From the NCBI GenBank assembly GCA_965206745.1, contig OZ242220.1, positions 1,248,001 through 1,312,000 of the forward strand: DNA of 64,000 bases. The letters are read 5' to 3'. The number at the start of each line of letters is the position of its first letter. The first letter of the stretch is position 1. A program made the position numbers and the translations under genes. The notes beneath the pieces are model-generated. The model saw only the letters and a program-made list of their open reading frames with translations, did not search any database and had not been told where the DNA came from. This DNA is from Nitrosopumilus sp. (GTDB lineage: Archaea > Thermoproteota > Nitrososphaeria > Nitrososphaerales > Nitrosopumilaceae). Shown here piece by piece: positions 39,882-49,765 of the stretch.

Positions 39882-41012
39882 TTAACGTCTAGATTTCTTT
39901 TTGGGTACAGTTCTTTTCTTTGCAGGTTTCCTTTTGGTTACGGTCTTTTTCTTTGTGGATTTCTTTTTAATTGTGGTTCTTTTCTTTGCAGGTTTCCTTT
40001 TAGGTGCAGTTCTTTTCTTTGCAGGTTTCCTTTTAGGTGCAGTTCTTTTCTTTGCAGGTTTCCTTTTAGGTGCAGTTCTTTTCTTTGCAGGTTTCCTTTT
40101 AGGTGCAGTTCTTTTCTTTGCAGGTTTCCTTTTAGGTGCAGTTCTTTTCTTTTTGGTTACGGTCTTTTTCTTTGTGGATTTCTTTTTAGCTGTGGTTCTT
40201 TTCTTTGCAGGTTTCCTTTTGGTTACGGTCTTTTTCTTTGTGGATTTCTTTTTAATTGTGGTTCTTTTCCTTGCAGGTTTCCTTTTGGGTGCAGTTCGTT
40301 TCTTTTTGGTTACAGTCTTTTTCTTTGTGGGTTTCTTTTTAGCTGTGGTTCTTTTCTTTTGAGAAACCTTCCTCCTATTTGCTAGTGATTCCTGTAATTT
40401 TGAATATGCTTTGTCCAGTAATTTTTGGGCAGATTCTTCTGCTTTGGTTTGTCTTTCTAATTCTTTAACAAACTTTTGTGCTGCTTTATGACTTGCAGTC
40501 TTTGATTCACGCAAAGAAGGTTTTGACTTGGTTTGTTTCTGAATTTTTGAGGTGATTTTTGATTGCACATTAGAGAAATTTACAACATCATTGGAAATCT
40601 TTTTGGCAGTTTTTTGCCTATTTTTTATTTCTTCGACTAATTCATTGATCTGATCATTTAATGAGCGTAATCTAGTCTCAGCATTTTCCTTTTCAATAGG
40701 ATTTTCAGCAAATTCAATTTCTTGCTCTATTTGTTCGATTGTCTCTTTTGCTTTAGCAAGCCGATCTTCTGCCATAGCGATCAATCTCTCAATACTTTCC
40801 AGTTGAGAATTCTTCCTAAGAAGAACTGTTGAGACATCAGAGGACTCTTCTCGTTCAGATTCAATTTTTTTATCAAGGGATTGCAAACCTGAAGAAGAAC
40901 GTTTTTCTGCAGAATTGAACTCTTTGACCTTATTTTCAGCTATTTTACGGAGCTTAGTTGCATGTTGTTTCTTTTGTCGTAATTGGATTACCAGTTTTTC
41001 TAATGAGGCCAA
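39882..41012 (-). CDS. coiled-coil protein with Lys/Arg-rich histone H1-like C-terminal repeats
   Basis: about 215-aa coiled coil followed by about 160 aa of KKRTAPKRKPA / KKKSTKKKTVT repeats. Confidence 0.85.
   Translation of the reverse strand: MASLEKLVIQLRQKKQHATKLRKIAENKVKEFNSAEKRSSSGLQSLDKKIESEREESSDVSTVLLRKNSQLESIERLIAMAEDRLAKAKETIEQIEQEIEFAENPIEKENAETRLRSLNDQINELVEEIKNRQKTAKKISNDVVNFSNVQSKITSKIQKQTKSKPSLRESKTASHKAAQKFVKELERQTKAEESAQKLLDKAYSKLQESLANRRKVSQKKRTTAKKKPTKKKTVTKKKRTAPKRKPARKRTTIKKKSTKKKTVTKRKPAKKRTTAKKKSTKKKTVTKKKRTAPKRKPAKKRTAPKRKPAKKRTAPKRKPAKKRTAPKRKPAKKRTAPKRKPAKKRTTIKKKSTKKKTVTKRKPAKKRTVPKKKSRR
39988..40152. repeat. 33-bp perfect tandem repeat x5 (coding VNTR)
   Basis: GCAGGTTTCCTTTTAGGTGCAGTTCTTTTCTTT at 39988, 40021, 40054, 40087, 40120, within a larger degenerate repeat block (about 39900-40360). 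Confidence 0.95.
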
Positions 41013-41149
41013 TAGTTAAATCAAGATAAAAGAGTCGATTAAGTAGTGCATATAACCATGATTTGACTTTCATGTAAAGAAAATTAGCTTCATTTGATCG
41101 CTAAAAGGGGTTTTTTAAAAAATATTAGTCAAGAGATTTTACCAACATC

Positions 41150-41461
41150 ATGGAATTTCATCCAAAAGATTTGCCAGTAGCAAAAACATATGATCTAAAG
41201 GACGAGAAAGAGGCAACAATTGCAGTTGAAGACATGGTAAATTTAGGCTTTAAAAGAAAAAAAGAAGGTTACAAAGTCCTCATGCCAAAAGAATCAAAAA
41301 TTGCCAAAAGAATAGGATATACGATTACTACCGGAATTACTACGGGGTTGGGACAAAAAAACGAGGACAGGGATATCAAATATTGGACATATCACCACGA
41401 TGATGAACATTTTGCAATAGTTTTGATACACAGAGATGTTTTGACAGAGTTAGGTTTTTGA
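41150..41461 (+). CDS. conserved hypothetical protein
   Basis: 103-aa ORF; YWTYHHD motif. Confidence 0.7.
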   Translation: MEFHPKDLPVAKTYDLKDEKEATIAVEDMVNLGFKRKKEGYKVLMPKESKIAKRIGYTITTGITTGLGQKNEDRDIKYWTYHHDDEHFAIVLIHRDVLTELGF

Positions 41462-42118
41462 TTTATCAAAAAGTTTGTAAAGTTTGGTTCTCTTTGCCAT
41501 AACTCCAGCCAACATAATTCCAATAACGGTACCGCCGATGACATCTGTTGGGTAATGTTCTAAAACATAGACTCTGCTCAATGAAACCAAAACAGGGTAC
41601 AAAAACATCAGATAGGAGGCACGTGGGAATCTCTCAGATAGAGCATATCCCAAAATGATTGCAAATATCATGGACCGTGCTGCATGCCCTGATGGATATG
41701 AGGCATCATATCCACCCTCACAGAACAAGGCAAAGGTATCGTGACTTAGAGGCACAGGAAATGAGACAGATTCGTATTCAAAATCAGGCCTGTCTCGATC
41801 GATGCCGCATTTGACATAACCGGTAAGCAATGTGGAAATTACGATTAAAATCATCAAAGTAACTCCAATCCTCCTGGTTTTTGGAATTATCAAGATCAAA
41901 ATTGCAAAACCCAACATCGTCAGGGCATCACCACTTTCAGTGATAGATTGCATTATGAGATCAAGGGAGGGATTTCCAATATTTTCAGAAAAAGCCAAGA
42001 TTACACCATGATCAAAATCGTCTGTAAATCCAGAATATACAATGGCTGTAATAATTAGAAATAAAACGGTAAGAAGGACAAACGAACGAGATCGAATATC
42101 AAAAATCCAATTTTGCAA
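41450..42118 (-). CDS. PAP2 family phosphatase
   Basis: K.....R.RP, SYPSGH, SRVYVLEHYPTDV. Confidence 0.92.
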   Translation of the reverse strand: MQNWIFDIRSRSFVLLTVLFLIITAIVYSGFTDDFDHGVILAFSENIGNPSLDLIMQSITESGDALTMLGFAILILIIPKTRRIGVTLMILIVISTLLTGYVKCGIDRDRPDFEYESVSFPVPLSHDTFALFCEGGYDASYPSGHAARSMIFAIILGYALSERFPRASYLMFLYPVLVSLSRVYVLEHYPTDVIGGTVIGIMLAGVMAKRTKLYKLFDKSKT

Positions 42119-42257
42119 TTAATAAAACCCCAACTATGTGTCTTTTAATTTTTGTCAATAGATAAGATTTCAAATCAAAATTTCGGTTCAGAAATGAAAC
42201 AGGCAAGATGGTTCTGATCGGCTCAAAGAATTTAACCAAGTGTACAATAGACAAATC

Positions 42258-43466
42258 GTGAAGGTTCTCACACTAGATGATTTTGACCTAAAAGGTAAGA
42301 CCGTTTTCTTGAGAGTGGATATGAACTGTCCAATAGATCCTGAGACTCTAGAGATTTCGGGAACTAAGAGAATTGAAGAAATAACGGAGACTCTAGATTC
42401 GTTAAAAGAAGCCAAAGTGGTTATCGGTTCACATCAAGGCAGAGTTGGGAATAATGAATATACAGGGATGGACAAACATGCCAAAGTTCTTGAAAAGATA
42501 ATCGGCAGGAAAATAAAATATGTGGAGGACACGATTGGAGAAGCTGCACAAAACGCCATCAAGAATTTGGAGGATGGGGAGATTTTGTTGCTGGATAATC
42601 TTCGATTATGTGCTGAAGAAAATTATGAGTTTGTTCCTGAGAATGCAGCCAAGACAATCATGGTTTCTCGTTTATCAAAATTATTCGATCTGTGCGTGTT
42701 AGATTCGTTTCCAAGCGCACACAGATCACATCCGTCAATCATAGGATTCCCGCATGTGTTGCCTGCATGTGCAGGACGAATTGTTGAGAGAGAGGTTAGA
42801 AACCTAGATGAGATAATGACAGTTGCCAAAGCCCCTCACGTAATTGTGCTAGGAGGTTCTAAAATTCCAGACAGATTGGAGGCGATAAAACTGTTGATTC
42901 AGAATGGCCGTGCAGATCATGTGCTGCTGACAGGATTGATTGGAAATGTGTTCATGCGGGCTCAAGCTAGAATCAAATCGCCATTAGGAATAAAAAGAGA
43001 GGACGAGGTTGTTGCAAAAGCTCACACGCTGATAGGAGAATACCCAGACGTATTTGCAACGCCCGTAGACATTGCAATTGACAAAGACGGGGAAAGAGTG
43101 GAGATGGATGTAAGAGAGATAGGCAAGGGGGATAAAATATTTGACTTGGGTCCAAAGACTGTAGAGTACTATTCAAAATTAATTGCCGGGGCAGGTACTG
43201 TATTCATCAGCGGACCTGCAGGATTTTTTGAAAAGGAGAACTTTAGTTACGGAACAAACGCATTACTTAATTCAGTTGCAAACTCGATGGCAACAACGAT
43301 TGTAAGCGGGGGGCACCTCACCACGGCATTAAAACAACAAGGATTGGCAGATAGGATTAATCACACAAGTACGGCAGGGGGGGCATTGGTACTTTATCTT
43401 ACTGGGGAAAAATTGCCGATGATCAAAGCGCTAGAGGATGCCGCAGCAAAATACAAGTCTAAATAG
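42258..43466 (+). CDS. pgk: phosphoglycerate kinase
   Basis: LRVDMNCP, SHQGR, LLDNLR, LGGSK, DLGPKT, STAGGA; GTG start at 42258 preferred. Confidence 0.96.
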   Translation: MKVLTLDDFDLKGKTVFLRVDMNCPIDPETLEISGTKRIEEITETLDSLKEAKVVIGSHQGRVGNNEYTGMDKHAKVLEKIIGRKIKYVEDTIGEAAQNAIKNLEDGEILLLDNLRLCAEENYEFVPENAAKTIMVSRLSKLFDLCVLDSFPSAHRSHPSIIGFPHVLPACAGRIVEREVRNLDEIMTVAKAPHVIVLGGSKIPDRLEAIKLLIQNGRADHVLLTGLIGNVFMRAQARIKSPLGIKREDEVVAKAHTLIGEYPDVFATPVDIAIDKDGERVEMDVREIGKGDKIFDLGPKTVEYYSKLIAGAGTVFISGPAGFFEKENFSYGTNALLNSVANSMATTIVSGGHLTTALKQQGLADRINHTSTAGGALVLYLTGEKLPMIKALEDAAAKYKSK

Positions 43467-43806
43467 TAGATTTGCAAGAAGGGTTTGGGCATAGCCTCTC
43501 TTCTGAGGAACCAAGAAAAATGTCGTTATCACATGCATTGCAGTGAAATTTTTCAACAAGATCAAACAATTTCATATATACGGTGGTAAAGTTCTGAGCT
43601 ATGTTTCTGGCAAGACCAGAATCACAGATGTCAGTAAAGAAGGATTCGACATCATCAATTATCCAAGAAGGATCCAAATCGCCATTTGATTTTATTATCT
43701 CAAAAACATCATCATTTGTAAAATTGGTATCAACATCATTGAATTTTTCAAAGATTATTTTTCTGATTTGGAGTCCGATTGGAACCACAGGGGTAAAATC
43801 ACTCAT
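43459..43806 (-). CDS. hypothetical protein with C-terminal zinc ribbon
   Basis: wHTH-like N-terminal part; CNAC...CPNPSC; 1 bp downstream of sufU. Confidence 0.7.
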   Translation of the reverse strand: MSDFTPVVPIGLQIRKIIFEKFNDVDTNFTNDDVFEIIKSNGDLDPSWIIDDVESFFTDICDSGLARNIAQNFTTVYMKLFDLVEKFHCNACDNDIFLGSSEERLCPNPSCKSTI

Positions 43807-43807
43807 G

Positions 43808-44251
43808 CTAGTACAGATGTTCTGCCTCTTCTTTTAGCTTGTCCACATCTTGGGTGTCATCGAGATTCTTCCCAATGTAGGTGTAAAGGGCAGATTTGAG
43901 CACCTTGAGGGACAACAATGCGCATTTGATTCGGACAGCCTGCAGGTGTTCAAGGCCTAATTCACTTAGGATATCATTTTTTTCAATTGCTCTTACTTGA
44001 TCAAGGCTCTTTCCCTTTGTAATCTCAGTCAGGACAGAAGAGCATGCCATGCAAATTGCACATCCTTTTCCATGAAATTTAATATCAGTGACTTTGTCTT
44101 TGTCAATTTTCATATCAATGTCAATACTATCACCACAGAGAGGATTTGAGTCATGAAAAGTCACATCGTGGTTCTCAATTTGGCCATAGTTTATCGGGTT
44201 TCTTGAATAATCGACTATCATTTCATGGTAGATATCTGCATTGCCACTCAT
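43808..44251 (-). CDS. sufU: Fe-S scaffold/sulfur transfer protein SufU/IscU
   Basis: NPLCGD, GCAICMA, RIKCALL. Confidence 0.92.
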   Translation of the reverse strand: MSGNADIYHEMIVDYSRNPINYGQIENHDVTFHDSNPLCGDSIDIDMKIDKDKVTDIKFHGKGCAICMACSSVLTEITKGKSLDQVRAIEKNDILSELGLEHLQAVRIKCALLSLKVLKSALYTYIGKNLDDTQDVDKLKEEAEHLY

Positions 44252-45492
44252 AGCTTGAACACCTTTGCCACGATATTTAATGAATTTACCAGAATATCAA
44301 TGTCTTGTTTAGTGTTGTAAATGTAAAAGCTTGCCCTAGATGTTGCAGCAACATCTAGCCTCTCCATCAATACCTGTGCACAGTGATGGCCTGAGCGAAC
44401 CGCAATCCCCTCCCCATCAATAATCTGAGCAACATCATGAGGATGAACGTCTGAAAAATTAAATGAGATCACGCCGCCACGTTTTGAGATATCTTTTGTG
44501 CCATAGATATGCAATCCTTTAACCTGGGATAGTTTTTCTATAGCATATTTTGTCAGTTCAATTTCGTGCTCACGTACATTGTCCATTCCGATTTTAGCAA
44601 GATAGTCAATTGCAGCTCCAAACCCAATAACATCTGCAATGTTTGGAGTACCTGCCTCAAATTTGTAAGGCAAATCATTCCAGGTTGTCTCATATTTGTG
44701 GACTTCTCTAATCATATCGCCACCGCCATGAAATGGAACCATTGTCTCTAGAACAGATTTTTTAGCCCACAAAACACCGATTCCTGTAGGTCCTAGCATC
44801 TTATGACCAGAGAATGCAAAAAAGTCACAGCCCAATTTTTCAATATCGACACTCATGTGTGGAACTGCCTGAGCACCATCAATCAGAGTTGGAACGCCTG
44901 CAGCCTTGCATTTTTCAATGATTTTCTCAGCATTGGTAATAGTTCCAAGAACATTTGACATCAGACTAAAGGTTACAAGTTTGACTCTGCCGGTTGCAAG
45001 ATACTTGTCAAGATCATCGAGAATTAATTCGCCATCATCATCCATTCCAATGTATTCCAATTTTGCACGCTTTTCTTGAGTAAGGAGTTGCCATGGCACA
45101 ATATTACTATGATGTTCGTATTCGGTAGTAACAATAATGTCTCCCTCTTTGATGTGAGGCCTGCCCCAGGAATAGGCAATCAGGTTAATTGCCTCAGTTG
45201 TTCCTCGAACAAAAATAATCTCTTGGCGATTTTTTATGTTAATGAAATTGGCAATTTTGTCCCGAGTTGCCTCATAGGCCTCGGTGGATTCTTCAGCTAG
45301 TGCATATACTGCCCTATGAATATTTGCGTTGTGATTTTGATAATAATCGGTAATTGCATCAATAACCTGATTTGGTTTTTGCGTCGTGGATGCATTATCA
45401 AGGTAAACAAGGGGCTTGTTGTCCCTGACAGTCCTTTTGAGTATCGGAAAATCGTTTCTCAGATTTTCAAATAGCGATTCTGTGCTTTGCAT
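44248..45492 (-). CDS. sufS: cysteine desulfurase SufS
   Basis: YLDNASTTQKP, EHHSNIVPWQ, DGAQ, SGHKMLGPTG, RSGHHCAQ. Confidence 0.97.
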   Translation of the reverse strand: MQSTESLFENLRNDFPILKRTVRDNKPLVYLDNASTTQKPNQVIDAITDYYQNHNANIHRAVYALAEESTEAYEATRDKIANFINIKNRQEIIFVRGTTEAINLIAYSWGRPHIKEGDIIVTTEYEHHSNIVPWQLLTQEKRAKLEYIGMDDDGELILDDLDKYLATGRVKLVTFSLMSNVLGTITNAEKIIEKCKAAGVPTLIDGAQAVPHMSVDIEKLGCDFFAFSGHKMLGPTGIGVLWAKKSVLETMVPFHGGGDMIREVHKYETTWNDLPYKFEAGTPNIADVIGFGAAIDYLAKIGMDNVREHEIELTKYAIEKLSQVKGLHIYGTKDISKRGGVISFNFSDVHPHDVAQIIDGEGIAVRSGHHCAQVLMERLDVAATSRASFYIYNTKQDIDILVNSLNIVAKVFKL

Positions 45493-45495
45493 ATA

Positions 45496-45804
45496 TTAAA
45501 TCTCCACGTAAATTTCATCGGCATCTACTTTGACATTGTATGTTTTCAGAGGAGTCTCGGCAGGAAGGTTTTGTGGCTCCCCATTGACCAAATTGAAGAC
45601 AGAGAGATGCAATGGACATCTAATGCCTTCCTCGCTTAGAAAACCAGTTGAAAGATCAGCATCGGCATGGGTGCAAATCAAGTCAGTTGCGTGAATTTTT
45701 CCCTTGAGGTTTGCAATGAGAAATTTCCTATCTTTGTGTACAAAACCAAAAAGTTGCCCCTCTTTTACCTGCTCCATACTGCAAGCTTTAATCCATTCAG
45801 ACAA
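45496..45804 (-). CDS. Rieske-type ferredoxin
   Basis: CTH...CPLH Rieske motif; true start TTG at 45804 (MSEWIKAC); the track extension overlaps sufD. Confidence 0.9.
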   Translation of the reverse strand: MSEWIKACSMEQVKEGQLFGFVHKDRKFLIANLKGKIHATDLICTHADADLSTGFLSEEGIRCPLHLSVFNLVNGEPQNLPAETPLKTYNVKVDADEIYVEI

Positions 45805-45808
45805 AACA

Positions 45809-47209
45809 TCACCGATATTTGTAGTGTTGCTCCATTTCAGAGTCTTCGTTGTAGCGAGTCTCCTCAATTTCAACAAATTTGGCCAGCTCTTTATCGGTGT
45901 TGATTCGAAGTTCTTTATTTTCCCATTTAGATTCAATAAGATATGCAATCCATGCTCTAACTTGAAAAGACATTTTTCTTGAAAGGGGCTCTAAGAACCC
46001 CTCAACGATTGTCCTCTCAGCCTCCTCATGTGTAAGGCACCTAGTCTTAAGATAGAAGATTTGTTCCTCATCAATTTGCGCAACAGATGCAGAATGGGTG
46101 GCCTTGACATCGTTAGTGAAAATCTCCAATCCCGGAATTGCATCGGATTTTGCATCTGGATCTAAAAGAATGGAACGGCCAGACAGAAAGGAATTGGACT
46201 TTGCGGCATTTTCCTTAATTCTGATCATTCCCTTGAAAAGAGATTTTGATTTGTCCCTTAGGATCGATTTTTCAACCACCCTTGCCTCAGTGGATCGATT
46301 CTCATGATTGACATTTGTTTGGATGTCAAAGGATTGCTCATTGTTTCCAAAAATCACTTCAGAGTCATTAGAAGATGCACCAACGCCGTTTAGAAAATAC
46401 TCTATTTTGTACCTAGATAACAGAGATCCGAACAGTCCAGAATACCAGTTTACTTTAGAGTCCTGTGCCAAGTCGGTTCGTCTCGTTGTAAATGTCACAG
46501 CGTGTTGATCCATCATTTGCAGGGTGGTCATGTCCAGTTGCGCATTTGCTGCAAGGTTTGTGTTTAGCAATTCAAGATATGCCTGCTGTGCATTGGTTTT
46601 TGGGGAATAGAGCTCTTGAACAATTGCAGCCTTGCTGTTCTCATCTGCAAATATAACATTTCTAGAAATTACAGAGTGATCATCATCAGACAGACATGTC
46701 AAAAAGTAGAGGGGTTTCTCAAGCACAAGGTTGCGCGGAATGTGAACAAATATTCCAGAATTAAATGCAGCATTGTTTAGTGCGGTAAATTTATCATCCT
46801 GGGATTTAGATGCCTCTAATGCTTTTTTTACCAATTCAGGGTTGTTTTTAATTGCATCAGATATGGAAGAGATTACCAGTCCTTTAGATTTTAAATCATC
46901 GGGGAGGTTTATTTTGTGAATATTAGTGCCGATTTGAACAATGCACATTTCATTTTCAAGTTCACCTAATCTTTTCTGGAGAAAATCAGGAACAGTGGTA
47001 GCCGTAGTCGTTGAGAGAGAGACCTTTTCAGGATCTAGTTTTTTTGCATCAGTGTATTTATTGTAAAGAGGGGACATTTCGATTGGCAGGCCACCATACA
47101 CAGTTAGTGAGTTTTTTCTATAGTCTTTTAGCCAACCAGGTTCGTTCCCAGATGAGCAGAGATCATCGATGTAAGTGTTGCCAAGTTTTGAGAGGATTGC
47201 CTGAGACAT
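45809..47209 (-). CDS. sufD: Fe-S cluster assembly protein SufD
   Basis: FTALNNA, P.LEI..NDVKATHSASV, EQIFYL.TR. Confidence 0.92.
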   Translation of the reverse strand: MSQAILSKLGNTYIDDLCSSGNEPGWLKDYRKNSLTVYGGLPIEMSPLYNKYTDAKKLDPEKVSLSTTTATTVPDFLQKRLGELENEMCIVQIGTNIHKINLPDDLKSKGLVISSISDAIKNNPELVKKALEASKSQDDKFTALNNAAFNSGIFVHIPRNLVLEKPLYFLTCLSDDDHSVISRNVIFADENSKAAIVQELYSPKTNAQQAYLELLNTNLAANAQLDMTTLQMMDQHAVTFTTRRTDLAQDSKVNWYSGLFGSLLSRYKIEYFLNGVGASSNDSEVIFGNNEQSFDIQTNVNHENRSTEARVVEKSILRDKSKSLFKGMIRIKENAAKSNSFLSGRSILLDPDAKSDAIPGLEIFTNDVKATHSASVAQIDEEQIFYLKTRCLTHEEAERTIVEGFLEPLSRKMSFQVRAWIAYLIESKWENKELRINTDKELAKFVEIEETRYNEDSEMEQHYKYR

Positions 47210-47236
47210 GGTTTATCAAAATTAGGTTTTGAGGGT

Positions 47237-48637
47237 TTATCCCACTGAGTCATCCATCTCAAGCTTGATGAGTCTGTTTAATTCAACGGCGTATTCCATT
47301 GGCAACTCTTTTGTAAATGGCTCCATAAAGCCATTAACAATTAGAGACAGTGCATCCTCCTCGTTGAATCCCCTGCTCATAAGATAGAAGATCTGTTCGT
47401 CGCCGATTTTGCCAACTGTCGCTTCATGAGTGATTGTCGCATCTTCTTGGTTGATCTCCATGTAGGGGTAGGTATCAGTTTTAGACGTGTCATCTAAGAG
47501 TAGTGCATCACACCTTACAGTGGATTTTACGCCGGTTGCGCCTTTTGCCACATGCAGCATTCCCCTGTAAGTGGAACGTCCATCCAGCCTACTTACAGAC
47601 TTTGATGTGACTTTGGAGGTCGTGTTTGGTGCAAGGTGAACCATTTTGGCACCTGTATCTTGATGCTGTCCCTTACCGGCAAAGGCAATAGATAGTGTTT
47701 CGCCATATGCCCTCTCGCCCATAAGATAGACCCCAGGATACTTCATTGTCAGTTTGCTTCCGATGTTTCCATCGATCCATTCCACTGTTGCACCCTCATG
47801 TGCATAAGCACGTTTTGTTACAAGATTGTAAACATCTGCGCTCCAATTCTGAATTGTGGTGTATCTTAGTTTTGCATCTTTGAGTGCAACTAGCTCGACA
47901 ACTGCAGAGTGCAGTGACTCTGAAGAGTAGACAGGTGCAGTGCATCCTTCGATATAGTGCACTTCTGCACCTTCATCCACAATGATCAGCGTTCTTTCAA
48001 ATTGACCAATGTTTTCTGCGTTAATTCTAAAGTATGCTTGTAGTGGCATGTCAATGTGAACGCCAGGTGGTACATAGATGAAAGAGCCGCCACTCCAAAC
48101 TGCACTGTTGAGTGCCGCAAATTTGTTGTCTTCTGGAGGGATGATTTTACCAAAGTATTTCTTGAATAACTCTGGATGTTCATGTAAAGCCGCATCAGTG
48201 TCCAAAAAGAGAACTCCTTGTTTTGCCAAATCCTCCCTTAGGCTATGATAGACGACTTCGGATTCGTATTGCGCACCCACGCCTGCTAGGAACTTTTTTT
48301 CAGCCTCTGGAATTCCAAGTTTGTCAAATGTTTTTTTGACATTGTCAGGAACGTCATCCCAGTTCTTTTCTACTTTGTCAGATGCCTTTGCATAATAGTA
48401 AATGTTTTGGAAATCAATTGTTGTGAGATCCCCGCCCCATGTAGGCATTGGCTTTTGCATGAAAATATCATAAGATCGTAGTCTGAAATCAAGCATCCAC
48501 TGTGGCTCATTTTTCATCTTACTGATGCTAATTACAGTTTCCTTAGACAGGCCTTTCTTGCTAAGGTGGACATACAGTTCTGTAGAGTCCTTAAAGTCAT
48601 ATTTTGAATAATCCATATCTAGATTTTCAGTTGTCAT
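47237..48637 (-). CDS. sufB: Fe-S cluster assembly protein SufB
   Basis: [46 protein letters not shown]. Confidence 0.97.
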   Translation of the reverse strand: MTTENLDMDYSKYDFKDSTELYVHLSKKGLSKETVISISKMKNEPQWMLDFRLRSYDIFMQKPMPTWGGDLTTIDFQNIYYYAKASDKVEKNWDDVPDNVKKTFDKLGIPEAEKKFLAGVGAQYESEVVYHSLREDLAKQGVLFLDTDAALHEHPELFKKYFGKIIPPEDNKFAALNSAVWSGGSFIYVPPGVHIDMPLQAYFRINAENIGQFERTLIIVDEGAEVHYIEGCTAPVYSSESLHSAVVELVALKDAKLRYTTIQNWSADVYNLVTKRAYAHEGATVEWIDGNIGSKLTMKYPGVYLMGERAYGETLSIAFAGKGQHQDTGAKMVHLAPNTTSKVTSKSVSRLDGRSTYRGMLHVAKGATGVKSTVRCDALLLDDTSKTDTYPYMEINQEDATITHEATVGKIGDEQIFYLMSRGFNEEDALSLIVNGFMEPFTKELPMEYAVELNRLIKLEMDDSVG

Positions 48638-48678
48638 ACAGAAAATAACCCCGTTATATTATAAATAGATGAGGAAAA

Positions 48679-48706
48679 ATAGGCAGAGCTAAATAGCTTC
48701 AGCTAA
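48679..48706 (-). promoter_or_regulatory. two tandem putative DtxR/MntR-like operators upstream of sufB
   Basis: + strand ATAGGCAGAGCTAA (48679-48692) and ATAGCTTCAGCTAA (48693-48706); 13 bp from the minus-strand TATA (TTTATAA, 48659-48665). Confidence 0.5.
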
Positions 48707-48967
48707 ATTTGGGATTAAACAGGTATTGTCCTTCTCATTCTGCCTGATTTATTCTCACCATCATGAATATCCCAAAGAAAAAAAGGCTTATTCACCGAAC
48801 CATCATGGCAATAGATGGTGCATCTTCCAAACATTCAGTATCAGCATCATCATAAAAGTTCCCCCCTCCCAATAGATCCAGAGATATTTCCAGTAAAAAG
48901 AATAAAGCGGTAAAAGGCAAGACTGTCTTGTCGCCAGGAGGAGGGGCAGATTCAGACGGATTTGCGG

Positions 48968-49765
48968 CTAAACAGACAGTATCCTTTTCATAGCATCAAA
49001 AGCGCCGGCTACAGTGTGCACTTCGGCTACAGTATTTCTGACTTTGAATTTTTTCAGTTCGTCTGAAGTAAAAGGACCAATGGATACGACAGACAACTTT
49101 TCCAAGCTGTCAAGTAATGCTTTTGATTCATAGTCTTTGGACATTATCTCAAAGAACCCTCTAACTGAGGATGCACTAGTAAAGACGAGGCCATCGACCT
49201 TGCTGTGGGAAAACAACTCACGGAATCCATTCCACTGAGTGGTGTCCCTAAACGCACATACGTCATACAAATGAATCTCCAGCACGTCAACTCCAATCTT
49301 GCCAAGTAGTTCACTTAGAAAGGGAGTTGATGCGCCACTGCGGGGAATGATTGCCTTTTTGCCAACGGCGTGAATCTTTGTAAATTCTTCCCCCACACCA
49401 ACTGAAGAGTATGTAGTTGGCTGATGATTTACTTTGATTCCTTCAGATTCAAGTGCAATGGTTGTCTTAGGTCCAACAGACACCACCGTTGTATTTGCAA
49501 CTGCCAATTGCAATCCATCCAACTTTCCGACATTCTTTGCAGTCTCAAATAATAGTTTTACGGCTTTGGAACTCATAAATACAGAATAATCAGGACCGTA
49601 CTCTGCAATGGATTCTAAAAACACATCGACAATCTTCTCGCCCTTACTTACAAGTTCGATTGTGGGCAGTGGAAGTGGAACTGCATTGTGCTGTTTGGCA
49701 AGGGAAATGAATTCAGAAGCATCGTCTTTTGAGCGAGTGATAGCGATAGTTTTTCCATCAAGCAT
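48968..49765 (-). CDS. hemD: uroporphyrinogen-III synthase
   Basis: IAITRS, P.IE, VFMS..AV, VGPKT, FTSASSV, SIGP.T; TAATG overlap with cobA. Confidence 0.92.
   Translation of the reverse strand: MLDGKTIAITRSKDDASEFISLAKQHNAVPLPLPTIELVSKGEKIVDVFLESIAEYGPDYSVFMSSKAVKLLFETAKNVGKLDGLQLAVANTTVVSVGPKTTIALESEGIKVNHQPTTYSSVGVGEEFTKIHAVGKKAIIPRSGASTPFLSELLGKIGVDVLEIHLYDVCAFRDTTQWNGFRELFSHSKVDGLVFTSASSVRGFFEIMSKDYESKALLDSLEKLSVVSIGPFTSDELKKFKVRNTVAEVHTVAGAFDAMKRILSV

Noticed and set aside
39901-40362. 153-aa hydrophobic repeat ORF on the + strand, or the repeats as a CRISPR array
   Set aside because: Antisense shadow of the Lys-rich tail; the repeats are contiguous with no spacers and no cas genes are present.
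45805-45948. Long N-terminus of the Rieske ORF
   Set aside because: Overlaps the sufD 3' end; TTG at 45804 gives a typical ~100-aa ferredoxin.
48853-48886. TAAAAGTTC...TAGATCCAG as a third, degenerate copy of the 44-bp repeat
   Set aside because: Only two short blocks match, with altered spacing and no TTTRC arm; it cannot be distinguished from chance without a profile search.
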